DNA of 59,078 nt, counting the filler, from Sphacelaria rigidula (lineage: Eukaryota), in assembly GCA_964200075.2 (NCBI GenBank). It is 9 parts of 9 records of this genome, joined end to end, with 100 filler letters (N's around TTAATTAATTAA, not from the genome) between each part and the next. Parts side by side here need not be neighbours in the genome. Positions count along the whole stretch, not along the records: positions 46,029 to 52,503 come from CAXNAA020019864.1; positions 52,604 to 59,078 come from CAXNAA020019865.1; 7 more parts are not named here. The stretch is one strand, 5' to 3'. A model generated the notes under the pieces. It made no database searches and was not told the origin of the DNA. It saw only the letters and a list, made by a program, of their open reading frames with translations. Shown piece after piece: positions 48,741 to 59,078 of the stretch (the stretch's first letter is position 1; each line of letters begins with the position of its first letter). The position numbers and the translations under genes are program-made.

Positions 48741-50019
48741 CTTGAATGAAAATAAGTCAAAATGACAGAAAATGACTTTGATTGCGAATGACAAATATCA
48801 GCATGACACGAGAGAGGCGAGCGTTGGATGGTTCATGCACCCGGAGAGTGTTGATGGATGACTTCATTATAGTAGCGCAGGTCGCTGGGGGAGCTTAGCA
48901 AAGAGTTATAGGGGCTGAGGCGCGGGAGAGCGGTTTGACCCCCATTACATCCACACGTACGTCCTCCAACACGCTACGAGCGGTGGGACAACCCTCCCAC
49001 GTTTCCCCAATTAAAACACCACACGTCAAGCGCATCGCTATTTCATCGTAGATCCTCTCGTCGTAGATTTCACACAAAGATATCCAGTTCATACCCCCAC
49101 ACGGCAGTCGCCCTGGCCGACAAATACACACATACCACACCCTGTACAACAGATTACACTGTCGAGAGTTTTTCTCGCGTACAGTATCAACTATCACGTC
49201 TATTTCAATAGACAGAAGATTTCATACTGTACGCAGCACATTTTTTTACAACGTGATCCAAGGGTGTGTGAAATATCCACTGACGGCCAACTCCCTCCCC
49301 CCCCCCCCCCCCCCCCCACCCCCACCCCCCCCACCCACACACCAACCCCCNNNNNNNNNNTGGAAGCACCACATTTTTTTACAACGGGATCCAAGGGTGG
49401 GTGAAAAATCCACCGACGGCCAACCCCCCCCCCCCCCCCCCCCCCTTAATGCGACTCGCCGAACACATCACGACGCTTCGCGCTTGGTGATTCATTGCGA
49501 GCAGGGTCCGGCGAAAACCCGGCGTGCTCCGTCCCTGATTTCAGGGATGCGAGTTCAATGGTGTTACGACTACAGCATGCAAGTCAATGAGCATTGATGA
49601 AACGATGAAACGACCAAGGCAAGATACAAATGGGTAACCCTCCCTCCCCCCCGTTGTGTACCCCTGTTCCCTTTCATTCCAACGAACGGGGGAATTCGGA
49701 AAACAACGAGAGAGACAAAACAAACACGAAAAAAAAAAAAGAGGGAAAGGCAAAGAAAGCAAAGGAGGATTACAAGACGGACACAGCAACTCCCGACAGG
49801 AAAAAATAAAATAAAATAAAGAAATGGCCGGCACCCGCGGCACGGCGTCAGGCAAAAATAGCCCGCGCGGGAACAACAAGAAACATCAAAAAGTGCAATC
49901 AAGCTGCTTGCTGTGGTATTAAATTCAATGAAAAATGGAAATAAAAAGCCCTCCCCCCCTCTCTTCCTCCCCGAGAAATACATCGGTTGCTTGGAGCCCT
50001 ACGAGAAAGAAAAAATCAC

Positions 50020-50200
50020 CTGCACGTGTTTGGCGATGGTTCCGATACGCGCGGACAGCAGCGATATCTGCCACTCCAAAGTAGAAACATCATCCAACGT
50101 TTCGGGGTCCATAAGCCCCGCCTCGGCCGTTGCCAAAGGCGCGGCCGCCTCGGGTTGCGTCATCAACTTCAGCTCCTTTAGCCGCTGGGCCACCTCAATC
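50020..50200 (-). CDS. rpsO: uS15 internal exon
   Basis: ttttaattttcag|G ATT GAG...GTG CAG|gtgatt. Encodes IEVAQRLKELKLMTQPEAAAPLATAEAGLMDPETLDDVSTLEWQISLLSARIGTIAKHVQ, matching uS15 S.EVQIALLT.RI..L..H. Joins 48506 in phase 0. Confidence 0.82.
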
Positions 50201-51157
50201 CTGAAAATTAAAAAAAAACACACACACACACACACGCACATGTTGTTTTCATTTCATTTTATTTCATGTTATTACACGTGAAGATTTTTTTTTCTCCTTC
50301 ACGCCAACTCCTTGTACACAACAAATTTAAAAAAAAAAAACTCTGACGGTTGGGACGGCAGTTCGAATCTCGGTGAAGTCACACGGATCTGGTATCTTCA
50401 GAGAGCTGGCAGTCTGGTGTGCTTCCATCGTGCATGCGCAGCAGGGGCTATCGCTATACCCGCCTCGCCATGTGGGTCTTGAGTCACTTGTTATGATTTG
50501 AGTGTAAATGATGCCCGTCCAACAGATTATCCACCCTGGCTGGCGGGTCATCTGCCCGTATGGTTCTTGAGAGGTCTAGCTTCCAAGGAAAGATTATCCT
50601 AATCTAACGACTGGTCCACCATGGCGGTTGGAAGGGTTAACAGGTGGTGAGCAACTCGTCATCTCAGTATTGCTAGGTCTTTTTTCCAAGTTAACCCTTG
50701 GACGGTGATCTCTCTGGAAGCGGACTGAGATGGAGTAGGGTACATTTGGCATTCAGAACAGCTCTCTTCTCGCTGCTCCAAACGCCTCTTTTCATGAACA
50801 TGGGGATGATGGGCATCTACACGGAGAATAATCCCGAAGAGTCCCTGACAAGTTTTGATTCTCCCGTCGATTGCGTGCAGAGACAGCATGTGTGCTGTCT
50901 GTATGTCTTCGCTGGATACAGCAGCGAGAAACAGTCGGCGTGCCATCACTCTCCACTGAACACAAGTCTACTGCATGCCGTTCATGTCTGTGCTCGATGT
51001 TCCGTAACACTACGGACAGGGTGAAGCTATGCTGGCAATACGTGAGGGGTCAGGCAGGCGGCACAGACCACGAGCAGAGTATTTTGAAAGCACGTGATTT
51101 TTCTTGCCATGAAATTTATGGTTGAAGTTTCATGACCAAAATGAAAAGTACGGCTAT

Positions 51158-51816
51158 TAGTAGGGTTGCACATCGCATATCGATAATCAACACGATTTCG
51201 ATAAATATCGGCGATACGCAGTACTGATCTCGGAGCGTAGCAAACCGATATTTGTCGATAATCCGAAAATGACACGATACGCGTCGAGTATCGAGTATCG
51301 ATACGATCACGATGGAGCTGTTTTGGTATGACCACAGTGTACAAGACCGAGCGCCACACTGGCACACTGGCGCCTCCAGTTACTGTTAAAAGTTGCACAA
51401 GATAACACATGCCCTAGACAGATTTTCAAAGCTCGTTTACTCTACAAGGAAGAGGGTGCAACATCAAATGACACGTTTGGGAAAGCTCTCGACGAGATGG
51501 TTGCAAGGCCGCCCAGTTCAGCCCCTGCATCGTTTCTGGTCTGGAGTCAATGAGCGCTGAAAATATGTCTAGGAGAAGTGGTATCTTATGTCACCTACAA
51601 TAGTAGGTGAGGGTGCCAGTGTGCCAGTGTACCGCACGGTCTTGTATACTGCGGCCATACCAAGACAGCCGTATCGTATCGTATCGAATATTGATACTCG
51701 ATACGTGTCGTATCATTTTTGGATTATCGACAAAAATATCGGTATCGCTAGTTGTGGGTCAACCTTCTAAAAATTTAGTATCGAACTTTATTCTCGGTCC
51801 GATATGCACCACCCTG
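51158..51816. mobile_element. hAT-like MITE with ~200-bp diverged arms
   Basis: 51158-51377 pairs with 51609-51816 (ATCGAT/CGATAC-rich arms). Ends TAG.../...ACCCTG. TSD ACGGCTAT/ACGGCTAG (7/8). Confidence 0.75.
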
Positions 51817-52503
51817 ACGGCTAGACTGCCAAGTCGTCCATCAGCAGTCCACCCATAGGAGAACAAAGTGACCGTTTTGATTCGATGACCGTCATTGGTC
51901 AGAATGGTCACTCCGCTTCTCTCAGGCCTTATTCCTGGCTTTCCAATTTCTTGTCGGCGAGATTTTCGACTGTTTTGCGAAGAGGTCCCCACCCTCCCGA
52001 CAAGAACCCCTCCTCCTGCCGCCTGTGAAAGTGTTCCGAGACGACGTCCAAGGGTTCAGATGCTACCAACGTCATAGTTGACCCACCCAAAGTTGGCCAC
52101 TGAAAATATACATCATGTAGAAACAGGAAACGGGTCCTTTGGTCAAACGAGCTCCGAAGTATGGGGTTGGCGACCACGGACTGCGTGGTACGCATGCATA
52201 TCGCCATGGGCCAGTGGTCCCTATGCGCAGCTACGGTCATAGCGTCGAGGTTACCGGTACCAGAGATAAGCCGGTGATCTTGTTCCGAAAAGGGGTCTGG
52301 AGCCCGATACGTTGAATACAGTAGTCAGCGTCAGGAGTATGCAGAATCCGTAATTTCTTAGTTTCTGAAAGACTGTCCAGATTTGTTTCGCTCGCCACCG
52401 CTCATCACGGTGACTGTTGGACGCAAAAAAATGCGCGTCCGGAGATATTTGAATCCTCCCGACAAATTTGAAAGGAAAAATCATCTGCGATCAATCACGA
52501 GTG

Positions 52504-52603
52504 NNNNNNNNNNNNNNNNNNNNNNNNNNNNNNNNNNNNNNNNNNNNTTAATTAATTAANNNNNNNNNNNNNNNNNNNNNNNNNNNNNNNNNNNNNNNNN
52601 NNN
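52504..52603. other. Artificial contig linker
   Basis: N44-TTAATTAATTAA-N44. Confidence 0.98.
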
Positions 52604-52834
52604 TTGTTCGAACAACCGTCGCTGCTTTCAACGACGATCTGACTCGAAACGTCGAGCGACAAATGACCCAAAACACCCCCCCCCCCTATCGTAGGATGAC
52701 TCTGACCCTCAACATCGCGAGCGCGGGGTGAGTCAACAACCGCTGTATAAGCCCGAAGCGGGTGGCGGTCCACAACAGTGGCGACGCGTGGCGACTCAGA
52801 CATGTGGGAGCCCCGAGACTGAGCCCGTTGCACA

Positions 52835-53006
52835 ACAGAGCGTGCGCGTAGCGACTCGTCGACCATGTTGGAAGTCTTGGACAGTGTGCGATCAGCGACA
52901 GAGCGAGCGCGGAACGACTCGTCGATAATGGAGGGAGTCTTGAACGGTGTTCGCTTCGCAACAGAGCGAGCGCGTAGCGTCTCGTTGATTATGTTGGAAG
53001 TCTTGG
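52835..53006. repeat. 63-bp tandem repeat, ~2.7 copies
   Basis: Units acagagcg.gcgcg.a.cg.ctcgt.ga..atg..gg.agtcttg start at 52835, 52898 and 52961. Confidence 0.85.
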
Positions 53007-55829
53007 GTAGATGGCGATCGTGGGCACCAGCAGCAGCTCAGTCTTGAGACGTGCAGTCGCCAGAGCTACGAGTCGAAGCTCTGTCGGACTTCACTTCTTC
53101 GTGTACAGGGTAAGTAATAGTGAAGGGTTTCGGTTTTGAAGGGATTGATGAAAGCAAACGCTGACGGCGAAAGATTCATAAGTAGGCAAGACCGAGGGGA
53201 AAGTTATTTTCTGCGGTAGCGCCATACTAAGGTGAAGAGGTAGAAATAGACGTCAGACACCTGAGTATGGAGGTTCTGGTATAATAATAGCAAGTAGTGT
53301 AGACTCGACAGGCGAGAGTAAAACCCAACAATGAGGCGACTGTGAAAGGAGACAGACACCCGGGCAAATGTTCTACGGGCGCGCTGTGCACGACAAAGAT
53401 GACAGGTATACGTAGTGGTCAGGCACACGCTGGAGAAGGGTATAGCAGTGGTGAAAGTAAAATACCCCACACAGGAGGTGTAGAAAAACACCACTCGAGA
53501 CCGCGGAAGGAGGCACCAATACTAGAGTAGAATACGTTGCTTAAAAGGGGGGGCAATGTGTGAATATCTGTGAAAGTCGAGACAGAAAGAGAACCAAAAG
53601 TGCGGCAATGATAGTGCGAAACAGAGAACTCAAGTGCAGGGGTTCAAGAGAAGACCGCCGTAGCAGTCGACTGAAACACAAGTTGTTGGTGCAGGTCAGG
53701 TGCCAAACTGAGAAGACTACAGGGGAGTGCGATAACTTTTGAACAAGAAATCAGGGAATTGTAAAGGGATCCAGGTGGTGGAGCACCGAAGGGAAAAAAA
53801 AAAATGGAATACACTGTCCAAGGCTAAAAGAAAAGAAAACGTGTGTGTAGTACCCGCGCGAAAGATGAAAGAAGATATGTATTCACCAGTAGTACTCGCA
53901 CAAAAAATGAAGAGCGCGTTGGGTAATACACGACCCGAAGGTGAAAAGTTGATTATGTAGTGCTCGCCCAGCGAAGGATGTAGTAGCGGGGCGGAGGTGT
54001 GATAAAAAACCTGGTGAGAGGTGCGACGAAAGGTGACGGCACCGAATGTATCGATTAGGTTGGTGCAGATGATCGCGCGGAAGAACAAATGGTGTGCGCG
54101 ACAGTACTCTGCACGCTGGATCGGGAGTCGCGACTACCACAACCGTGCTGCGGTAGTTGTGGCTACGCAATTGTCGCGCCGAAAAAGTATGAATACACTA
54201 AAGTAGTCAGTGTCAAGAGTAACAGGACACCACACTATAAGCACAGCAGCGGCACACAAGTGGCAACGTCCGCAAGGAGAAAGGGTACAGTCGATGTCAC
54301 CGTAAGAGAGAAGCGGCGTGTTCTGTATCGGTTCAGTAAGTGATAGGTTCAACTGTTCGTGGAAGTTTTACAACAACCCAGTTGACACAACGTTGGGCGG
54401 GGTTGAAAAGGACGATGATAACAGAAAAAGGGCACTGCAAAGCGAGAGTGTCGCCCAACTAAAGGAGAGACCCAAACATGAGAGGGACATAACAGGTTGC
54501 AACCGTTGCTGCTGCGGCGGGAATGTGACGGAAAGAAATGCAGGGGGGCAGCACTGTAGTACAGGGAAAGAAACGCACTCTAAAAGCTAAACGAAAACGA
54601 AGGACTGTTGGAACTGCTATTAACCGGGGGGGTCGAAATACAGATGAACCAAAAGTGAGAAGCAGCAAACGGGGCTAGAGAAAGGGACAGCTACACAAGG
54701 TAACAAGGCTGTGAGAATACGCGTGGGCTACTGAAAAACCAAGCAAGACACGGCCAATTCTTCGAACGCCAGTGTGATATAGAGGGGGGTATAGACAGGT
54801 TCCACACCTTCCTAGCTGTGATCAGTGTGCTGCAAACTTGAGTAGGTGCGCAAACACACCAGGTGTCCGAGTAAAACAAACTGCAAATGCACACGTGCAG
54901 ATTCACGTGACTTTTGGTCACAGTAGCAACAAACAAAAGGAGCTCAAAGGCTTGATATCTTTTCAACTCTCACTGATTATCTCCTTGATCGCCAGCACAC
55001 TGTTCTCACCAATGGTAAACAGTAGGAGCAGATGGTCCGGCTCGAAGGGTAGCTCAAGAGAGAGAGAGAATGTATGAGGTACGTGCGACGTAACCTTTCT
55101 GAACTCGGCCTGAGAAGGCGTTTGCCTCCTCGGGGCCAGGGCATGTCAACCTGCACACTAATCTTCCCCAGCTAGAATATACCAGCCTGTGCATCAGTCT
55201 TCCCTAGAACGCAGCTTGTACATCAACCTTCCCCAGAACTTTGGGGGCATTCCCATGGGTGGATCGAGTGATCTGTGCGCCAACCTGCCCCAAAACTGCC
55301 TGAAGGAACAAATAGCGCCTCTCTATCTTCCTTCCTCATGATATAATACTAAAAACCGCCTATACTGCAGTATGGTTGCGTCCTTGCATTCCTTGACTAA
55401 AACTACGCTTCTCGCGCCTCGTACACAGTTCATCATAACCAGAGCATGTCGGTGGCGTATATATCATGCATACCCTTTTTTGAACTGGTACGGTATGCTA
55501 TTTGGAACAGGACGCAGGATCGGCAGTAGTAGTACCGGATCGAAAAAAACTGGTTCACCACACCTTCAGGTGCAACGACGATGGACTCGATGGCATCTCT
55601 TCTGCGCGTTTTCGAATAAAAAAGCGTGATGAAACATGAGGAGCAATACCATGACGGGCTGCTACAGGGGAGTACAACGCTGTAATGAACAGGCGCGCTG
55701 ACACGCTGTCGGCAACACGAAAACTCGCGCGCGCGCGCTAACGCGCGTGCTGCTCAAAAACTAACGCGCTCCGCGCGTTTAGTTTATTTCAGTGCGTTTT
55801 ATTTAATTTAATGGAGAGGTTACTCTTTG

Positions 55830-56273
55830 AACACGGGATCTTACAAATTGGGGATGATCATCTATTGGGGATGACAAACCCGGAGAATTAAAATCTTCGT
55901 ATGCACACCAAATCGTCGAAATATGGTTCCATTTCTTGACCTACTGATAGCTATTGACAACTGCTACACGCCCTTGGAATTTGGACTTCGATCACCGAAA
56001 CGTTGGGGTACTAGGGGAAAAACTATTTTTTGGCAGTTCCGGGTGTCCGAACGGACGCCAAAATGGTTCCGAAATTGTTTTTCCACCTAGGACCCCACCA
56101 CTTGGGTGATCGAAAACCAAATTTCAATGACGTGTAGCAGTTGTCAAAAGCTATCAGTAGGGTCAAGAAATGGAACCATACTTAAAACAATTGGTGTGGA
56201 TACAAAGATTTTAATTCTCCGGGTTTCTCATCCTCAATAAATGATCCATCCCCAATTTGTAAGATCCCGTGTT
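55830..56273. mobile_element. Foldback MITE
   Basis: AACACGGGATCTTACAAATTGGGGATG...CATCCCCAATTTGTAAGATCCCGTGTT. The arms pair almost to the centre. Second copy at 26626-27074. Confidence 0.88.
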
Positions 56274-56665
56274 TATGGGTGTGGAGCCAACACTGCGTAC
56301 CGACCGCAGCGTGACACGGTCGGCGGTACTACCTGCTCACTGCACAGCGGCAGGGTGCAGGGTGACAAAGCACATCGTAGGACGCCACATGCTTAGCCTA
56401 TCCCTGTCCTGCATTGGTTTCGCGTTGTCCTATGCAGTTCGCTACATCATAAATCCAGCCGCTTGTACCGCGGCCAACGTGTACGCAAGATATCACGCCT
56501 CGCTACGGACGGGCTGCAGTATGTTGCTACGTCACATTTTGTAAAGCTGTCCGTGTTGCAGCTACAGCGTGCGTTTTCCCCAGGTGGCGCACGCAGGAGC
56601 GAAAAGCCGCCTGCGCCGCTCCAAGGCTGCCTGTATGTTGGGCGAAGCTGTATGATAACACAGCC

Positions 56666-56735
56666 GCGGCTGGTGCGCCTATATGTACCGAAAGGTGGAG
56701 ACCGGCGTCCAGATTAGATGGGACGACGACACACT
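56666..56735 (+). mobile_element. 3'-end-only copy of the tRNA-derived SINE (or of its partner LINE)
   Basis: cggctggtgcgcctatatgtaccgaaaggtggagaccggcgtccagattagatgggacgacgacacac matches 12148-12215. Confidence 0.75.
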
Positions 56736-58826
56736 GACTTTGCCCAGTACACTTTCAACAACAACGTGTTCGTACTGACTAAAGACATCTTCTGTCCACG
56801 GTTGGGTACATTTCCATATATAATGCAGGGTCTGGTACATCTCGACTTAGAATGTAACGGAGGGTCTGGTGTGTTTCCACCTGGATGTGTACGTGATTTC
56901 GGTGAGGCAATCGCCGAAATATTCACCTGTAAACTCTGCTCCAGTGCACTGTAAGTTGACATCGCGCTAGAAGGACACTACCATAACCACCTTGCCGGGT
57001 GCCAGACTGTCAGGATATAGGATCCGCTAGCTTTGCTACTGTGTGTACGGGGGTGTTGCCCCCTTGTCAGGTACGTTTTGGAGCATGATACTAGGTGAAC
57101 ATCATCGTTCCTTGTACATGGGCACCAAACACTGGGCGTCCTCACTCAAGACTTCGATTCCGAGGATGATCTAGATGGGCAGCGGCAACTGCTGTGTGTC
57201 CAGGTATTCCTTGGAGCAGGATGGGTTTGGTGTCTGTTTGACGAAGTTATTCCCCCCTCAAAAAAAAATCGATAGGGGTTCAAGAGAGGATAAATCTAGC
57301 AAAACAACTGTGGCGAGAATCGGGTCACAGAAATCCTGAAGCAAAATGCAGTCGCGAAAAAACAGTTGGTCAAGATTTTACCCGCAGCAGAAACCAACTT
57401 CACTTTGCAAAATTGGAATTCCGTGGCCGAAGGCTTTGGGCACTCAATCACCACCAACAAGCCACTCTCACCCGCAAGATGGCCGTCAAGCCAAGGATCA
57501 TACATACTAACAATCAGCGCTCCACCAGACTTGGGCCGATTATTATCGACACTTCTTTTTTAGATCTCAAAGATATTCTCAGAGTCTCCGAGAACGAAGC
57601 GGCTTGATTCTTCCTCCGAGGCTTCATTTTTGGACAAGTCCGAAAAATTCGGACTGCAACGCGGCACTTCAAAGAGCTGCCCTATCGATACGCCGTTGCG
57701 CTCGGAAGCATTCGAGAATGATCAGGTACCTCGCCAGTCCCGATAATTTCGAGCGTATCTCCAAATACACAGTGTCGGCAATCATGGGCATTACCTAGCC
57801 CTCCTGAGCTTCAGGGCCTGTAGGATTCACGAGCGGCTTTCAGCAAAAATATCCATCATCCCACGTGAGTCGCCTCAAGCCTCCTCTCAAACATCTACTC
57901 CAACTACTCGTAGAACAAGCAAGTTGTCATGTGTCTTGTCATGCCCGCGATCCACTACTGTTGTTTTGAAAAAAAGGAGGTCTTTTCCCCAATATGAGTT
58001 GAAAAATAAATCATCCCTGCTCTGGGGGGCATTTTTTGGCGGAAGCAACAGCACACTCAAAGATTTGTCGAGTTGCCGATTTCTTCTACTCAAAAACCTC
58101 ACAACATCTACCCAAGCATCACACATACGTGCGTACGTGCTCCTATTTTTCTGTGTCGGAGCGAGCGGCGGCAACAACCGAAACGGAAACGTCGTTTGTG
58201 ACGGGACTGTCACAGCCCAAACGTACCCACAACAATGTGCCTGAAGACAGCTGATGATGGTCCATGAACCGCAGTGGAATCTGCTTCAGACAGTTACCAC
58301 GAGGAGGTGAAGGCGAACAACGCTAGGGCAACATCTTCACGGGTTCGGCAGCGTTTTTCCTATTGCGATGTATGCAAGCTTGGCAGCTCGCCAAAAGACG
58401 GCGTAAGTGCGGCGTCTCACGGACGACTACAACACAGAGAGGACTATATTGCTCTTGAACGCCGCGTTTCGTGTGGCCCGACATGTACGACGACTGTAAC
58501 GGGCAGTCGCCCCCCAAACAGTCGCATCAGCTCCAAGAGATTGCACCAAGATTAAACAATATCAAGAATTCTTTTTTCACACACAAGCAGCAGAACAAAC
58601 CCGAAAACAGCTCAATCAAGCTCTCCCCTTCACAATCTAGCGTGAAAGATACGAGGAGACGTGACAAACGAACCAAGATAGATATTCAAGGTTTCATCAG
58701 TTTATTTTTACCTTGTAGCAAAGTGGCAACCGAAAGGCAGAAAGAGAGAGAGGGAGACAGAGACAGAGACAGAGAAAGAGAGAAGGAACATGACAAAAAA
58801 GGACGCCACCGCAGAAGAAAAAAAAA

Positions 58827-58952
58827 CTAGACTTTCTTGACGATTTGCACAACGTCTTCGTCGTTGAGGCGGTGGTCCTTGCCCGCCTTCATGGGCTGGT
58901 GCTTCACACTTGATCCCCACACCCAGGCGTATTTGAAGTGCGGCAATATATC
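58827..58952 (-). CDS. DRG1: Developmentally regulated GTP-binding protein 1 (DRG1/Rbg1), last coding exon (TGS domain end)
   Basis: ccttgtttgcag|GATATA...GTCTAG. Encodes [41 protein letters not shown]. The SVKH.P.K.GKDH.L.DEDV.QIVKK pattern is DRG1-type rather than DRG2-type. Confidence 0.92.
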   Translation of the reverse strand, partial: DILPHFKYAWVWGSSVKHQPMKAGKDHRLNDEDVVQIVKKV

Positions 58953-59078
58953 CTGCAAACAAGGACAACAGGGAAGTGCGGCGTAAAGCGCACGGGCGCG
59001 CGTGCGGGGGGGGGGGGGGGGGCAAAAACAAGTTTTTACCCCCACAAAAAAAAAAGACGGAAAAAATCACAGACAAAA

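Noticed and set aside
49235..49445. ~70-bp duplication flanking the N10 gap (similar case at 47700-47960)
   Set aside because: The second copy differs by homopolymer-biased changes next to poly-C, consistent with an unmerged overlap.
6477..52603. Periodic TTAATTAATTAA motif every ~6575 bp as a biological signal
   Set aside because: It is always centred in a 100-bp N linker and is an assembly artefact.
53100..55100. Possible decayed retroelement or gene
   Set aside because: Purine-biased sequence with short ORFs only; no diagnostic motif was recognised.
172..58952. SEC24, C2 protein, uS15 and DRG1 as a functional gene cluster
   Set aside because: They lie on four different concatenated contigs, so there is no linkage evidence.

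Overview
This is intron-rich, transposon-rich eukaryotic nuclear DNA. The gene architecture and protein style suggest a stramenopile such as a brown alga, which is an inference. The window is not one locus. It is nine contigs of 6476/6475 bp joined by eight identical 100-bp linkers (N44-TTAATTAATTAA-N44), so nothing across a linker can be assumed to be linked. Four host gene fragments were found by hand-splicing: seven exons of SEC24 (+, 172-4981, including two GC-AG introns), three exons of a C2-domain protein (+, 37417-39144), two exons of a bacterial-type/organellar ribosomal protein uS15 (-, 48234-50200) with a diverged stop-containing copy of its last exon start inside the intron, and the last coding exon of DRG1 (-, 58827-58952). 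The rest is mostly repeats. These include a decayed chromodomain-bearing Ty3/Gypsy element, a tRNA-derived SINE (5 copies), many MITEs (a group with CAAG(G/A)G ends and 8-bp TSDs, one a composite filled with a GAGTA/TACTC satellite), 5'-truncated LINE-like ends, and an abundant unclassified two-module repeat sharing a ~60-bp terminus ending in GAGTAC plus a C-run. No CRISPR array, rRNA or true tRNA gene was seen. No clearly new multi-gene system can be supported. All alignments were made by eye.
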